Of a stretch of 64,000 nucleotides of DNA, positions 14,040 through 27,925 are shown piece after piece. A program made the position numbers and the translations under genes. The notes beneath the pieces are model-generated. The model did not search any database. It saw nothing but the letters and a program-made list of their open reading frames with translations, and was not told the DNA's origin. How positions within the stretch are numbered: position 1 is the first letter of the stretch; every line of letters starts with the position of its first letter. Origin of the DNA: Malacoraja senta (Eukaryota); the NCBI GenBank assembly GCA_038087875.1, contig CM075999.1, positions 3,412,001 through 3,476,000 on the forward strand, written 5' to 3'.

Positions 14040-15074
14040 CCTGAGTTTCCAGTTGCCTGCCACTAGAATCCACCATTCTATTCTCACTCTGACCTGCTGT
14101 CTGTAGCTTCCTGCATTGTTATACGAAGGACCAATACTAGCTTAAGGAACTAAGACAATACTTCTTCTGTCTCGGCACATTTCCGCCTTCTCAACTTATG
14201 TTAAACTTTAGCTAAGTTATTTCGAGAGGGCTACAATACAAAAACAGGGATGTAATGTTGAGGCTTTATAAGGCTCTGTCAGACCGCATTTGGATTATTG
14301 TGAGCAGCTTTGGGCCCCCATAGCAAGCTCCCATAGCAGCAATATAATACAGGGTCGGTCTAGTTTTTAGTATACTGATTGGGGATGAATATTAACTAGA
14401 CCATCACCGGGTTACAAATACCCAACTGATGGACCCTCATACATATGAACATGCTCCACAATATTAAATTCAGACGTCCGACATTGGTTCATTCCTACAC
14501 TCAGCAGAAATAGTTTCCTCTCTCTCTACTTTTATTCATCGCTTTCTAATCAGTCTTGTGTGCTTTCGATGCCATTCATTGCAATACTGTGGAGGTATGG
14601 TTACCATATAATTATTTTTGCATATTTTTAATTTATGGGCACAATCAACTTGGAGCCTGAAGACTGCCATGACCAGGTTCAGGAATAGTTACTTCCCCAC
14701 AGCCATCAGGCTATTAAACTTGGCTCGGATAAAACTCTGAACATTTAAGAGCCCATTATCTGTTATTTGCACTTTATCAGTTTATTTATTCATGTGTGTG
14801 TATATTTATATAATGGTATATGGACACACTGATCTGTTTTGTAGTCAATGCCTTCTATGTTCTGTTGTGCTGAAGCAAAGCAAGAATTTCATTGTCCTAT
14901 CAGGGACACATTACAATAAACTCACTTGAACTTGAAGAACCAACCAGAATGTTTTCTGAAGACTGCCTGCACGAAAGCTTCACTGAGGCCTTGCACACTT
15001 TCATGTTCTATTTAGAGATGAATGTCCAACGCAGATTATTTTTGTAGTTGTAACTTAAATGACCCCTAGTCATT

Positions 15075-15640
15075 GAGTCACGCAACGTGGAAACAGGCCC
15101 TTCAGCCCAACTTACCCACGCCGATTAACATGTCTCATCTACACTAGTCCCAGCTGCCTGTGTTTGGCCCATATCCCTCTAAACCTGTCCTGTGCACGCA
15201 CCTGCCTAAATGCTTAAACATTGCCATAGTACCTGCTTCAACTACCTCCTCCAGCAGCCCATTCCATATACCCACCACCCTTTATGTAAAAAAAGTTCCT
15301 ATTAAATCCTCCCCCTCACCTTAAACCTATGTTCTCTGGTTCTTGATTCCCCTACTCTGGACAAAAGACTGTGCGTTTAACTGATCTATTTATCTCATGA
15401 TTTTGTACACCTTAATTGGTACACGTGACAATAAAAGACCTCTGGAACCTCTATAAGATCACCCCTCATCCTCCAGCACTCCAGAAATAATGTCCCAGCC
15501 TAAAGCACTCCCTACAGCTCAGGCCCTTGAGTTTTGGCAACATCCTCGTAAATATTCTATATACCCTTTGCAACATCTCTCCTATGACATTGTGATCAGA
15601 ACTGAACACAATCCTCATCAATGTCTTATATAACTGCAAC
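15075..15640 (-). mobile_element. Older CR1/HER1-like LINE 3' fragment; related pieces at ~6835-7520(-) and 45435-45855(+)
   Basis: The 3' end TGGGCCGAAGGGCCTGTTTCC is shared with the SINE tails. ORF 45353..45622 of the related piece reads [19 protein letters not shown]...RTRGHRFKV. Confidence 0.7.
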
Positions 15641-17548
15641 CAAAAAAGCTAATCAACCAAGCTGATCTAATTGGGGGTGAGCAGACTTGCACTCTCGTCT
15701 GAATGACTTTTGCAGCCAGCAATGAAGCTCTGCAGTCCAAAGCAAAACATTCAATTCCTTTTCAGGGTGTGTAGGTGCAATTGTGTTATGTTAGCAACTG
15801 GCTATCTTCAGTCCTGATAACGTTAGATGTAGAGAGGAGAAGCTGCAACAGACTAGAAGTTTGTGTGCAAGTACGGACTTGCTATTTTCAGTCTCGATAG
15901 GCTTAGCAGCAAGTCAAGGGGACTCCAGCTCGAGTAGACCGGCCATTTTGAGGTTGCAGTGTTGCTGGTATGTCAAAGTGCGGGCTTTGGTGAAGAAGGC
16001 ATACAAAAACATGGCAAAGTGTTTTAGGATTGCTTCTCCTAAAGTATACTAGATTTATGTTTAGCTTAGTTTATTGTCACGTGTACCGAGGTACAGTGAA
16101 AAACTTTTGTTGCCTGCTCACCAATCAGCGGAAAGACTATACACGATTACAATCGAGCTGTCCACAGTGTACAGCTGCTGTTGGGAGTAGGGGTCTAAAA
16201 GAGTGGATCGATTGTAATGCTTGATTGCAGATCGACATGTAGAGAGTGACCTGGCTTGGGCGCCATCTTGAACTCTTGTCCTTAAGTGGGCATTTAGGCA
16301 GTCATGGAGTTGTATGGACTTCTTGTCAGGGAGGTAGTTAGACACACTGAATATGCAGGAGGCAGAGAGGATTATAGACAGGTAGTTTCAGCAGGGTGGT
16401 CACAACAGCAGCAGAAACAAGGAACTGCAGATGCTGGTTTACACCAAAGATAGACGAAAAGTGCTTGAGTAACTCAGCAGGTCAGGCAGCATCTCTTTAG
16501 AAAAAGGATGGGTGATATTTAAGGTTGGGATCCTTCTTCAGACTGAAAGTAGGAGGTGGGGGAGTTGAAGAGCTGGAGGCGGGAAAAGACCGAAGCCAAT
16601 TAACCTGCAAATGCCTCTGGAGCGTGGGCAGAAACCGGAGCAAACCCACCTGGTCACATACGAAGTCCATACAGACAGCATCAATAGTCTGGCTCAAACC
16701 CGGGTTTATGGCGCTGTGAGGCAGCTAATTTACAGCTGTGCCCTTCCACGCAGTAGTTACATGACTAATCAGGGAGAATGTCGCAACTACACTCAAGAGT
16801 GGACATACTGGAGGGTTCATCCCCACTGACGCAATGTGGGTAGAGATAAAAAATAAGAAAGTTACAATCACTCTGATGTTTATATCTATCTTTTAAAAAG
16901 CTAGATATAAAAATTGTTAAGTGAACCCAGTGAAGAAGAGAAAAGTACTCTGTGATAAGATCAAAGATGGATCAGATTAAATGACAAAAGTCAATGTGAA
17001 AGACAGAAGTGTATATGATTGCTTATCCATCATTGCCTAGTCCATTCTGAATAATTTCTATGCAAAAAGGATGAATTTTATGCAAGGCATTGGAAGATCA
17101 GCAGAACGAACCACTTTTATTTAATATGGTTCTGTACAAAACAAAGGCAGCATTAAATAGCAACAAGCACAAGACAAGTTGCTTTTCTTCCATGAAGCAC
17201 AGCACATTTGACAAGTACCGTACTTCTTAAACTTTCCTTTTCTCAACAATCCACATCACTACAACCCCAAATTTTATTTTTAAGAGAAAAAAGAGACAAA
17301 GTGCTGAAGTAACTCAGCGGGTGATGCAGCATCTCTGGAGAACACGGGTAGTTGACATTTTAGGTTGGGACCCTTCTTTAGACTGATTATAACAAGGCGA
17401 GGGGGGGGGGGTAGCATAAAGAATGCTCGAAAGACAAAGCCTGGTATCAGATGGTTGGACAAAATGAGATGAAAAGGCAGATGATGCGAGACAAAAAGAT
17501 TGAAGAGTTACGAAATATGAAGCAAGAGGAAGAAATATAGGTGGTGAT

Positions 17549-18634
17549 AAGCTTCTTCCCACCCTGTTTCCTGTAAGGACTCCATCCCCTACTCCCAATT
17601 CCTCCGTCTACGCCGCATTTGCTCCCAGGATGAGGCGTTCCACACCAGGGCATCCGAAATGTCCTCATTCTTCAGGGAACGGGGATTCCCCTCCTCCACC
17701 ATAGATGAGGCTCGCACCAGGGTCTCTTCCATACCCCGCAATACTGCTCTCTCTCCCCATCCCCCCACTCGCAACAAGGGCAGAGTCCCCCTAGTCCTCA
17801 CCTTTCACCCCACCAACCGTCACATACAACAAGTAATCCTCCGTCAGTTTCGCCACCTCCAACGTGACCCCACCACTCGCCTCATCTTCCCATCTCCCCC
17901 CATGTCTGCCTTCCGCAAAGACCGCTCCCTCCGTAACTCCCTTGTCAATGCTTCCCTTCCCTCCCGTACCACCCCCTCCCCGGGCACTTTCCCTTGCAAC
18001 CTCAAGAGATGCAACACTTGTCCCTTCACCTCTCCACTCGACTCCATTGAAGGACCTAAGCAGTCATTCCAGGTGCGACAGAGGTTCACCTGCATCTCCT
18101 CCAACCTCATCTATTGCATCCGCTGCTCTAGATGTCAGCTGATCTACATCGGTGAGACCAAGCGGAGGCTTGGCGATCGTTTCGCCGAACACCTCCGCTC
18201 GGTCCGCAATAACCAACCTGACCTCACGGTGGCTCAGCACTTCAACTCCCCCTCCCATTCCGTATCCGACCTCTCTGTCCTGGGTCTCCTCCATGGCCAG
18301 AGCGAGCAACACCGGAAATTGGAGGAACAGCACCTCATATTCCGCTTGGGGAGTCTGCATCCTGGGGGCATGAACATTGAATTCTCCCTATTCTGTTAAC
18401 CCTTGCTGTCTCCTCCCCTTCCTCAGCCCTCGGGCTGTCTCCCATCCCTCAGCCCTCGGGCTCCTCCTCCACCTTTTTCCTTTCTTCTCCCCACCCTCCC
18501 ATCAGTCTGAAGAAGGGTTTCGGCCCGAAACGTTGCCTATTTCCTTCGCTCCATAGATGCTGCTGCACCTGCTGAGTTTCTCCAGCATTTTTGTGTACCT
18601 TTGATTTTCCAGCATCTGCAGTTCCTTCTTAAAC
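17549..18634 (+). mobile_element. 5'-truncated Penelope-like element (Neptune-like): RT thumb, Cys linker, GIY-YIG endonuclease and 3' pLTR
   Basis: The reading frame gives SHPVSCKDSIPYSQFLRLRRICS...CNLKRCNTC...NLIYCIRCSRCQLIYIGETKRRLGDRFAEH...HF...[19 protein letters not shown] (ORF 17659..18399). It is flanked by the direct repeat ATATAGGTGGTGAT (17535-17548 and 18635-18648). Confidence 0.92.
18507..18534 (+). ncRNA. Minimal hammerhead ribozyme motif in a Penelope pLTR (GUU subfamily)
   Basis: CUGAAGA-A-[GGGU UUCG GCCC]-GAAA-C-GUU: core boxes CUGANGA and GAAA, a 4-bp stem II, and palindromic ACGU at stem III. Identical copy at 59400-59427. Confidence 0.7.
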
Positions 18635-19982
18635 ATATAGGTGGTGATGTTGCCCGATCCGCCTACTTACTCCAGCACTTTGGGTAAATCAGCATCTGTA
18701 GTTCCTTGTTTCTTTATATTTTGAGAGTATATTTTGTACCTAGCTATCCCACAATTTTGCTTCAGTCAGGTAACAGACAAAGTGACACTCCTATCATGAA
18801 CCCTCAGGTACTCAATACAAACGGTCCAAAATGACATAAATCTACAACTTTGCCCTGCTTGGATTACACGCGACTCCTCCCTCATACTCATGTGTTTTGA
18901 CATTTTGGAGAAACTAGAAGCTGGTTTACACAAAAGGACGCAAAGTGCTGGAGTAACTCAGCAGGCCAGGCTGCATCTCCGGAGAACATGAATAGGCGAC
19001 AATTTCGGGTCAGGACCCTTCTTCAGAACCAAATACAATTAACTTTATGCAATCTTAAAGATTTACAATAAAATCAGCATGCAGCATTGAAGCCTTTTAC
19101 AGGCAATCACTATTTCATTGCCTGCGTTTGTTTGTGGAAGGCATGACTCTGGAAAATCAAAGGACTCTTTTGAAAACAAAAACTAATTTAAAACAGAAGC
19201 CAAATAACTGGAATTGCATAGAACTGAGCTTGCGACATTTCAACTAAGTTGCCAAAAAAGCACTCATTGGTTGCTGCCTGGCCACACAACACGCTACTGC
19301 TACTTCCTATGTGCTGCTAAAATTAAGTTCCCTTAATGACAAACCAGTTCCTACATTTGTAGGAAAGAACTGCAGATGCTGGTTTAAATCGAAAGTAGAC
19401 AAAAAATGGTGGAGTAACTCAGCGGGACAGGTAGCTTCTCTGGAGAGAAAAGGAATGGGTGACGTTTCGGGTCGAGACCCTTCTTCAGTCTGAAGAAGCC
19501 CAGTTCCTACATTTGCTGTGCAACTCATTATAGAGTTCTGTCGAGTTTCTAATCCCCAGCCAGAATTACAAAGTGCCAAAGCTTTGAAACTAAAAGCACC
19601 TGGTAGACAAAAGTGCTGGAGAAACTCAGCGGGTGCAGCAGCCTCTATGGAGCCTATTTCCTTCGCTCCATAGATGCTGCTGCATCCACTGAGTTTCTCC
19701 AGCACTTTTGTCTACCTTCGATTTTCCAGCATCTGCAGTTCCTTCTTAAAAACAAAAAGCACCTAAATGATTTTGAAGATTTAGTTTGGGTTAAGGTTTA
19801 TTATTGCCACATAGTGAAGTAGGAAGCTTTGTTTTTACAAGCAGATCAAATACCAAACATGCAAGCCAGATAAACTCAAGTACATGAGATAGTGCAAAGG
19901 GGGAGATACGCTGACTTGATTGCTAAGATTCAAGAACACCTGAATTCTGGATGAACACATTCTGGTTTCAAAACTTGGCTTG

Positions 19983-20443
19983 TAGAAACATAGAAACAGC
20001 AGGAGTAGGCCATTCGGCCCATCGAGCCTGCACCGCCATTCAATATGATCATGGCTGATCATCCAACTCAGTATCCTGTACCTGCCTTCTCTCCATACCC
20101 CTGATCCCTTTAGCCACAAGGGCCACATCTAACTCCCTCTTAAATAAAGCCAATGAACTGGCCTCTACCACCCTCTGTGGCAGAGAATTCCACAGATTCA
20201 CCACTCTATGTGAAAACAAAAATTCTCATCTCGGTCCTAAAAGACTTCCCCCTTATCCTCAAACTGTGACCCCGTGTACTGGACTTCCCCAACATCGGGA
20301 ACAATCTTCCTGCATCTAGCCTGTCCTACCCCTTAAGAATTTTGTACGTTTCTATAAGATCCCCTCTCAATCTTCTAAATTCTAGCGAGTACAAACCAAG
20401 TCTATCCAGTCTTTCTTCATATGAAAGTCCTGCCATCCCAGGA
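19983..20443 (-). mobile_element. CR1 3' fragment; similar short CR1 3' ends at ~397-577(-), 26610-26880(-), 44545-44845(+), 50945-51300(+), 53258-53525(-), 55870-56226(-)
   Basis: Reverse-complement match to the 3' end of 32829-34567, including GATCAGCCATGATCATATTGAATGGCGG and the microsatellite tail. Confidence 0.85.
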
Positions 20444-21550
20444 CTGTGTGCCATTCCAGAATTGTGCATTATAGTTTGACACAAACCTCTGGTAATGAAG
20501 TGCAGTCTTCCTGTAACTATGTCCTTTCTAACCTACAGACAGAAGTGAGGAAAGAGTACTGCTACCCTCCCCCACACCCTTCACTGATCTGAACCAGAAA
20601 TTCTACTTCCTGTTAAGCGAGTGCAGTCAGTTTGTGTTTGCCCCACCCAGTGTTTAAACTTTACTACACCATGTTTCACTATTTAAACTAAACTGTGTCA
20701 ACCACACAGTAATCTTTTGCTCAGACTCATCACCGAGCAAGCCAGAATATTCTGTGGAGGAAGACAAGCAAACCAACATGTTGCAGAAAACATTCCGTGG
20801 GTTCATAGGGTGGTGAATCTGTGTAATTCATTGCCACAGATATCCATCCAAGTCAATGGATATGTTAAAGACAGAGATAGATAGATTCTTGATTAGTACG
20901 GGACAATTTACAATTTTACCAAAGCCACTGAATCTACAAACCTGTACCTTTTTGGAGTGTGGGAGGAAACTGCAGCACCCAGAGAAAACCCACGCGGTCA
21001 CAGGGAGAACGTACAAACTCTATACAGACAGCACCCGCAGCCAGGATCAAACTGGAGTGTCTGGCGCTATAAGGCAGCAAGTCTACCGCTGCGCCATTGT
21101 GCTGCCCTATGCTTCTGCCCTTCACAATCGTTTGGGTTCATAACATTTTAGAATAAATTATGCACCAAGGTTTTGCACTGTAAACAATGCTGCAAGAGCT
21201 GTACACAGTTCCCACCAAGGACAATGAGGTTTACACAACTAGACTATTAATACAGTGCATTCTATTCAACCGAAGATGGCACAAAAAGCTGGAGTAACTC
21301 AGCGGGACAGGCATCTCTGGATAAAGGGAATAAGTGACGTTTTGGGACGAACCGTCACCCATTCCTTCTCTCCAGAGATGCTGCCTGTCCCGCTGAGTTA
21401 CTCCAGCATTTTTGTTTATCTTCGGTGTAAACCAGCATCTGCAGTTCCTTCCTACGCATTCTTTCAAAATCTACTTCACATTAATAGCACCAGAAAAAAA
21501 CATCAATCTTCATGATGCAATTTTCTGATCCTAACAACATATTTACTCCA

Positions 21551-21720
21551 GTAGACAAAAGTGCTGGAGAAACTCAGCAGGTGCAGCAGCATCTATGGAG
21601 CGAAGGAAATAGGCAACGTTGCCTATTTCCTTCGCTCCATAGATGCTGCTGCACCCGCTGAGTTTCTCCAGCACTTTTGTCTACCTTCGATTTTCCAGCA
21701 TCTGCAGTTCCTTCTTAAAC
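21551..21720. mobile_element. Non-coding Penelope pLTR-derived palindromic insertion
   Basis: 67-bp inverted arms (21551-21684) centred on AACGTT with no loop. Flanking direct repeat AACATATTTACTCCAGTA. Confidence 0.85.
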
Positions 21721-23491
21721 ATATTTACTCCAGTATTTTGTGTCTGCTTACAAGGCCACCATGATCTGTGTCGTCAACGTGAACCATTTCCCATTCCACA
21801 GATACTATCTGTCCCAAATGTCTCTAACATTGTTTTTTCCTCAATGATTTGCCAAGATGTACCACAATTTCTGTACCAAGAACAAACTTTGTTTCATATC
21901 ATTCATTCCACAAACTCAGTGAAACAAAAATAATTTTGAAGCACTTCAGCACAAGAGTGTATGTAAGTGTACATTGTTTACAATCATTGAATTGATTTAA
22001 AGATGCCATTTGGAAACAGCCCCTTCGGCCCACTTAGTCCATGCCGACCATCAATCACCCGTTCACACTAGTTCCATGTTATCCCATTTCCGCATCTTCT
22101 CCCTATACACCAGGGGAAACTTCCAGAGGCCAATACAAACCTACAAACCCACATGTCTTTGAGGAAACCGGAGCACCCGGAGAATGGATAGGTGACATTT
22201 AGATCTTGGCTATCCATGTTCTCTCCAGATGCACCCTGACCCCTTGAGTTACTCCAGAACTGTGTGTCTTTTTTTTGTAAACCAACTTCTGTAATTCCTT
22301 GTGAATACATCTTTCAAGATATCAGTTTGTCTGAAACATATATTAGCCAAACTACTTTGGAGGTGTAGTCATGGGGTATAGAGCATGGAAACAGGCCACT
22401 TGGTCCATCGAGTCTACCCGACCATCAAGCAACTTTCTTTTACAATAATCAAACATTAATCATTTACTCTTCCCACATTCATTTCAACTGTAGATTCTAC
22501 TGCTCACCCATACATGATGCCCATTTACCTCTCAATGCCCACGACCTTGAGATGTGGAACGAAATGGTAGCACCTGGAGTAACTCGCCCCACAAGGAGAA
22601 CATGCAAACTCCATGCAGAGAGCACTGGAGGTCAGGATTGAACCCAGCTCGCTGGAGCTGTGAGAGAGTGGCCCCACTAGCCGTGCCACTGGGCTGCCAT
22701 GACCTGTTTTGGCTCCAGGTTTTTAATAAACTTGCTGTTGAAGTGAGATTGATGAAAGGGGAAGTGATTCTTAAATAAATAGTAGCAATTAAACCGTTAA
22801 CCCAAATGATTTCCCCCCAACAGTGAGATGTGATATCATACTGGCTAAAGGGGAAATGGAAATTTAACATAATTCTGTGCCAGATCAAGCTGGCTTTTCA
22901 GTTTAGGGCCTAGTAACTAAGGAAGCCTTACACTACCCAAGAAGACATGTAGTTGCCATGGATACCCGTGGTGGTGCTGGAGATGGGCAGGTAATCGGTT
23001 TTCGTCCGATAAATATCTATTTCAATTTGTCCACAGGAAATTCCACAGCAAAGTGATAGCAGAAGGAACCAGGATCACATTGCTGACACAAGGAAATGCA
23101 GATGCTGGAATTGTGAGCACAACTGGAAGAAGTGCTGGATTAACTCAATGGGTCAGGCAGCATCTGTGGAGGGAATGGATACACGACGACGATTTCAGTC
23201 CAGGACCCTTCTCTAGTGTAAAGACTAATGATGCTATTTCTCCATGAAGATTGGGAGACAAGTATTAGCCAGGCAGTCGACAGGACGCAACTCTTCAAAT
23301 GGTACCATGGAACCTTCTGCATCTAATGGAGGATAGATTTCACTCAAGATCACAAGTAAGCGTTGGCCGCAGCTCAGCACACAGTGCTTTTTTGGCTTGG
23401 TTTCTGTATTCAATTACTTGAGGACAATTTGAATCTACAAGCATTTAAGCCACTGAGTCATGCCATTAAACTGTCCCACGTGAAAGACTAA

Positions 23492-23687
23492 AGGGCCTGT
23501 CCCACTTGGTGATTTTTCCGGCGACTGCCGGCATCATTGAAAAAATACGCGGTGTGATGACATATTTTTTTCAAGTGTCGCAACACTTTCTTCGTCGCCA
23601 CTGGATTTTGAAATGTTCTAAATCTTTTGGCGACACTGATATGACGCTGGCAGTCACCGAAAAAAATCGCCAAGTGGGACAGGCCCT
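23492..23687. mobile_element. PIF/Harbinger-type MITE (196 bp)
   Basis: TIR AGGGCCTGTCCCACTTGG ... CCAAGTGGGACAGGCCCT with 3-bp TSD TAA. A one-ended relative lies at ~9530-9690. Confidence 0.85.
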
Positions 23688-24167
23688 TAACAATCTAACT
23701 CACTGCCCAGGTATCTACGATGACTGGTATCTCTCTGAAGGCCAAGTACGCATGGGGTGAAGCACTGCCCTTGACAGAAGTTTGAAACAGTAAAACACAA
23801 GAGCAACCAGTGCATCAATGAATACTCTGCATTGTTACCAGGGCCCAGATTTTGCTCAACGTTTGGGCCAGTTCCACACTAAGATGCTGGAATTTCTCAG
23901 TGTAAACGCAGATAACCTTCAGGTCTCCAACTACATTGCAGAAGATATTTTAAGTTTGGAGTTGGGTGGTAAGAACTAACCCAGTACATGAAACATAGAC
24001 ACAAGGAACTGTAGATACTGCTTTAAAAAAAAGATGTAAAGTGCTGGAGTAACTCAGCGGGTCAGGCAGCATCTCTGGAGAACATGGACAGATGTTGTTT
24101 CAGGTCAGGACCTTTCTTCAATCCATGTTGTCCAGAGATGCTGCCTGAGCTGGTGAGTTACTTCAGC

Positions 24168-24255
24168 ATGTGTGTGTGTGTGTGCGTGCGTGCGTGCGTG
24201 TGTGTGTGTGTGTGTGTGTGCGTGCGTGCGTGTGTGTGGGTGCGTGTGCGTGTCT
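24168..24255 (+). repeat. (TG)n/(TGCG)n compound microsatellite
   Basis: Directly visible. Confidence 0.95.
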
Positions 24256-27074
24256 GTCTTTTTGGTAAACAAGCATTTACAGTTCTTTGTGTCTACAATT
24301 GAAGAAAATAAATAGAATAAAATCTTTCTAACATGTTTAATTCACTAAAACATACCTCAGTCATTCTTCTCCATTCTGTGTTTGCCCAGATCTAACCAGA
24401 TACACGCTGCCTGGGCACATTCCACAGCATAGGTTTTGAGGACTGACCACACATCACATTCTAGTGCTGTACTCCACATTTACACACTGTCCCAAACACT
24501 GGCAAAACAGCTGCCTGTACATGCGAGATGCCCATGCGCACACACACAGACTCGCACCCTCACACACCAACAGACAGGCACACACATACCCTGGAGATAC
24601 AGTACAGAGCATGCACATTTAATTCCATTGGTCTTGGGTTAGCAGCTGCTGAATAGTCAGGATTTCTCTGTAAAATCGTCATCAATTTCTATGTTGGAGA
24701 CTTCCAGCTTTCTGCCACCACCTTGGCTTATTTCTCAACAATTTGTAACATCTCTGAAACAAAATATCACTCGCTATGGAAACTCATTAACCAGAGATCA
24801 GCACACAACTGGCTCACTGAACCAAAGGTCTCACCATTTCACAACTAAACTATATTTCCATTAACTTTTCAGAATCTCACCCTCTCTTCTGTTTGTCCAA
24901 GATGTAGATTGGACAAGTTAAACTTAATGACTGACCTGTAAAAAACTCTCTCATTTGTAGCTCCAGTCAGATGTATAAGTGTGCTGTCTCACAAGAGCAA
25001 TGGGCGTGTAGATTGCCACGAACACACCCAAATATGACACAGGTATTGGCCTGGCTCTATGCAGTCAATTCACAAAACTCACGATTTAACCTTGCAGCAA
25101 AACCGCAGATTCCCAATTTGATTTTTTAATTGATATTTAAGGTCATAAGAAATAGGAGTAGATTAAGCCATTCAGCCCATCAAATCTATTCCACCATTCA
25201 ATCACGACTGATCTATCTCTCCTAACCCCATTCTCCTGCCTTCTTCCCATCACCTCTGACATCTGTTCTAATCAAGAATCTATCTATCACTGTCTTAAAA
25301 ATATCCACTGACTTGGCCTCCGCAGCCTTCTGTGGCAAAGAATTCCACAGATTCACTACCCTCTGTAGAAATTCTCCTCATCTCCTTCCTGAAGGAACAT
25401 CCTTTAATTCTAAGGCTATGACCTCTAGTCCTAGACTCTCCCACTAGTGGAAACATCCTCTCCACATCCACTCTATACAAGCCTTTCACTGTTACTTGTA
25501 GGAAGGAACTGCAGATGCTGGTTTCAACCAAAGATACACAAAAAGCTGGAGTAACTCATCGGGACAGACAGCATCTCTGGAGAGGAAGGAATAGGTAACG
25601 TTTCAGGTCGAGACCCTACTTCTGAAGACCCTTCTCCAGCTTCTTGTGCCTATCTTCCATTCACTATTCTGTATCTTTCAATGAGGATAATTATTCCAAG
25701 CTAACACAAAGCTGCTGATTACAGTATTCAAGGCAGCACATTGAAAGCTAGAATGAGGTAATGCACTTGCTAAAACATAAACTCAGTTTAAAGCTGTTTT
25801 ACTTTGAATTCTCTCAGATTTAATTTTAAAGAGCAGCAACGCAGGCTTTCAAGATGATTTGATCCATCACAATCCGAAACAAAGCAGTTCCCCTTTCTCA
25901 AATTGAGTTCAGGCTGGGAGTTTAAATAGCAACCACAGCTGAATGGACATGTTCCTGCTTCGGCTGAATAGTTTTGTGTCATTTCAAATACTGCCTAACT
26001 CAGGCAACGGCACCAAAGACCAGACAATCCAATCATTTTTTTGAATGCTGTTTGAAAGATAGATAGCCATCCTGAACTGATAGTGGAGTTTCCGGCATTT
26101 GCAGCCCATTTATAGAGGATTTTGCAGGATTTTATCATGTCCAAGGATTTGAAGGTTGTGAGACAGGAAGATAATGTTTCAGAGGGCCTGGATGGCGTAT
26201 GGAGGCTTTGCCGTGGGAGAGGCCCAGTGTGAGGGTCGGGGAGTGTTCCCAAGGGGCTGTGTGCACAGGCAGGTACTTGATCTTGGGTTGTGAGCTGAGA
26301 GGCTGAAAGGGGAGGAAGATTGGCCGGTATGTAAAGGATCAGAGAGACCCGATTGGTAGAAAGCAGAGGAAATGAAGAGAGAGGGGGGTGACAGGGAAGA
26401 GGACATTGAGGGGGAATGGGGCAGTGGGTTTGGGGTTGGGACAGGGAGACAATAGGTGCAGGAGTAGGCCATTTGGCCCTTCGAGCCAGCACCGCCATTC
26501 AATGTGATCATGGCTGATCATCCCCAATCAGTTCCCTGTTCCTGCCTTCTCCCCATATCTCCCGAGGGAGAGTATGCTGTTGGGGGGAGGGGGAGGGGGA
26601 GGGGTTTACATAGATACATAGAAAATAGGTGCAGGAGTAGGCCATTCGGCCCTTCGAACCTGCACCGCCATTCAATATGATCATGGCTGATCATCCAACT
26701 CAGTATCCCGTACCTGCCTTCTCTCCATACCCTCTGATCCCTTTAGGCTCAAGGGCCACATCTAACTCCCTCTTAAATATAGCCAATGAACTGGCCTCAA
26801 CTACCCTCTGCGGCAGAGAGTTCCAGAGATTCACCACTCTCTGTGTAAAAAATGTTTTCCTCATCTCGGTCTTGAGAAAAACATTTTTGAGGGCCTGGCA
26901 TTGGATCCTGGAGAAAAGGAGGAGCTTGGTGCCCAGGAGCTTGGTGCCCAGGAGGAGGGGAGGGTGTGGGGCACAGTGAGGAGAGAGGGTGGGACATGCA
27001 GCATGGAGGGGATGGTATGAGGCTGGTGTGGAATGGGGTTGAGGAGGAGGGGGGGCGGTATGTGGGTGGTGGTG

Positions 27075-27925
27075 AGTGAGGAGAGAGTGAGTGAGGGGGG
27101 GGGAGAGTGAGGGGGGAGAGAGTGAGGGGGGGAGAGAGTGAGGGGGGAGAGAGTGAGGGGGGGGGGGAGAGTGAGGGGGGGAGAGAGTGAGGGGTGGGAG
27201 TGAGGGGGGAGAGTGTGAGGGGAAGTGTGAGGGGGGGAGAGTGAGGGGTAGAGTGTGAGGGGGAGAGTGTGAGGGGAGAGTGTGGAGGGGAGAGTGTGAG
27301 GGGGGGAGTGAGGGGGGAGAGTGTGAGGGGAGAGTGAGGGGGGGGAGAGTGTGAGGGGGGGAGTGAGGGGGGGAGTGTGAGGGGGGTGAGTGAGGGGGGG
27401 AGAGTGAGGGGGGAGAGTGTGAGGGGGTGAGTGAGGGGGGAGAGTGTGAGGGGGGAGTGAGGGGGGAGTGTGAGGGGGTGAGTGAAGGGGGAGAGTGAGG
27501 GGGGAGAGTGTGAGGGGGTGAGTGAGGGGGGGAGAGTGTGAGGGGGGGAGTGAGGGGGGAGTGTGAGGGGGGGTGAGTGAAGGGGGGGAGAGTGAGGGGG
27601 ACAGTGTGAGGGGTGAGTGAGGGGGGGGAGAGTGTGAGGGGGGAGTGTGAGGGGGGGTGAGTGAAGGGGGGGAGTGTGAGGGGGGTGAGTGAGGGGGGAG
27701 AGTGAGGGGGGGGAGAGTGTGAGGGGGGGGAGTGAGGGGGGAGAGTGTGAGGGGGGGAGAGAGTGAGGGGGGGAGTGTGGAGGGGGGATGTGAGGGGGGA
27801 GTGTGAGGGGGGGAGAGTGAGGGGGGAGTGTGAGGGGGGGTGAGTGAGGGGGGTGTGAGGGGGGAAGAGTGAGGGGGGGGGAGGTGAGGGGGGGGTGAGG
27901 GGGTGAGTGAGGGGGGGGGGGAGAG
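27075..27925 (+). repeat. Low-complexity G-rich tandem repeat (GAGTGAGGGGGG / GAGTGTGAGGGGG units); second copy ~29205-30130
   Basis: Directly visible. Confidence 0.95.

Noticed and set aside
23265..23460. Possible very old DeuSINE/SacSINE-like remnant
   Set aside because: The resemblance is too degraded to support by eye; it needs a Dfam HMM search.
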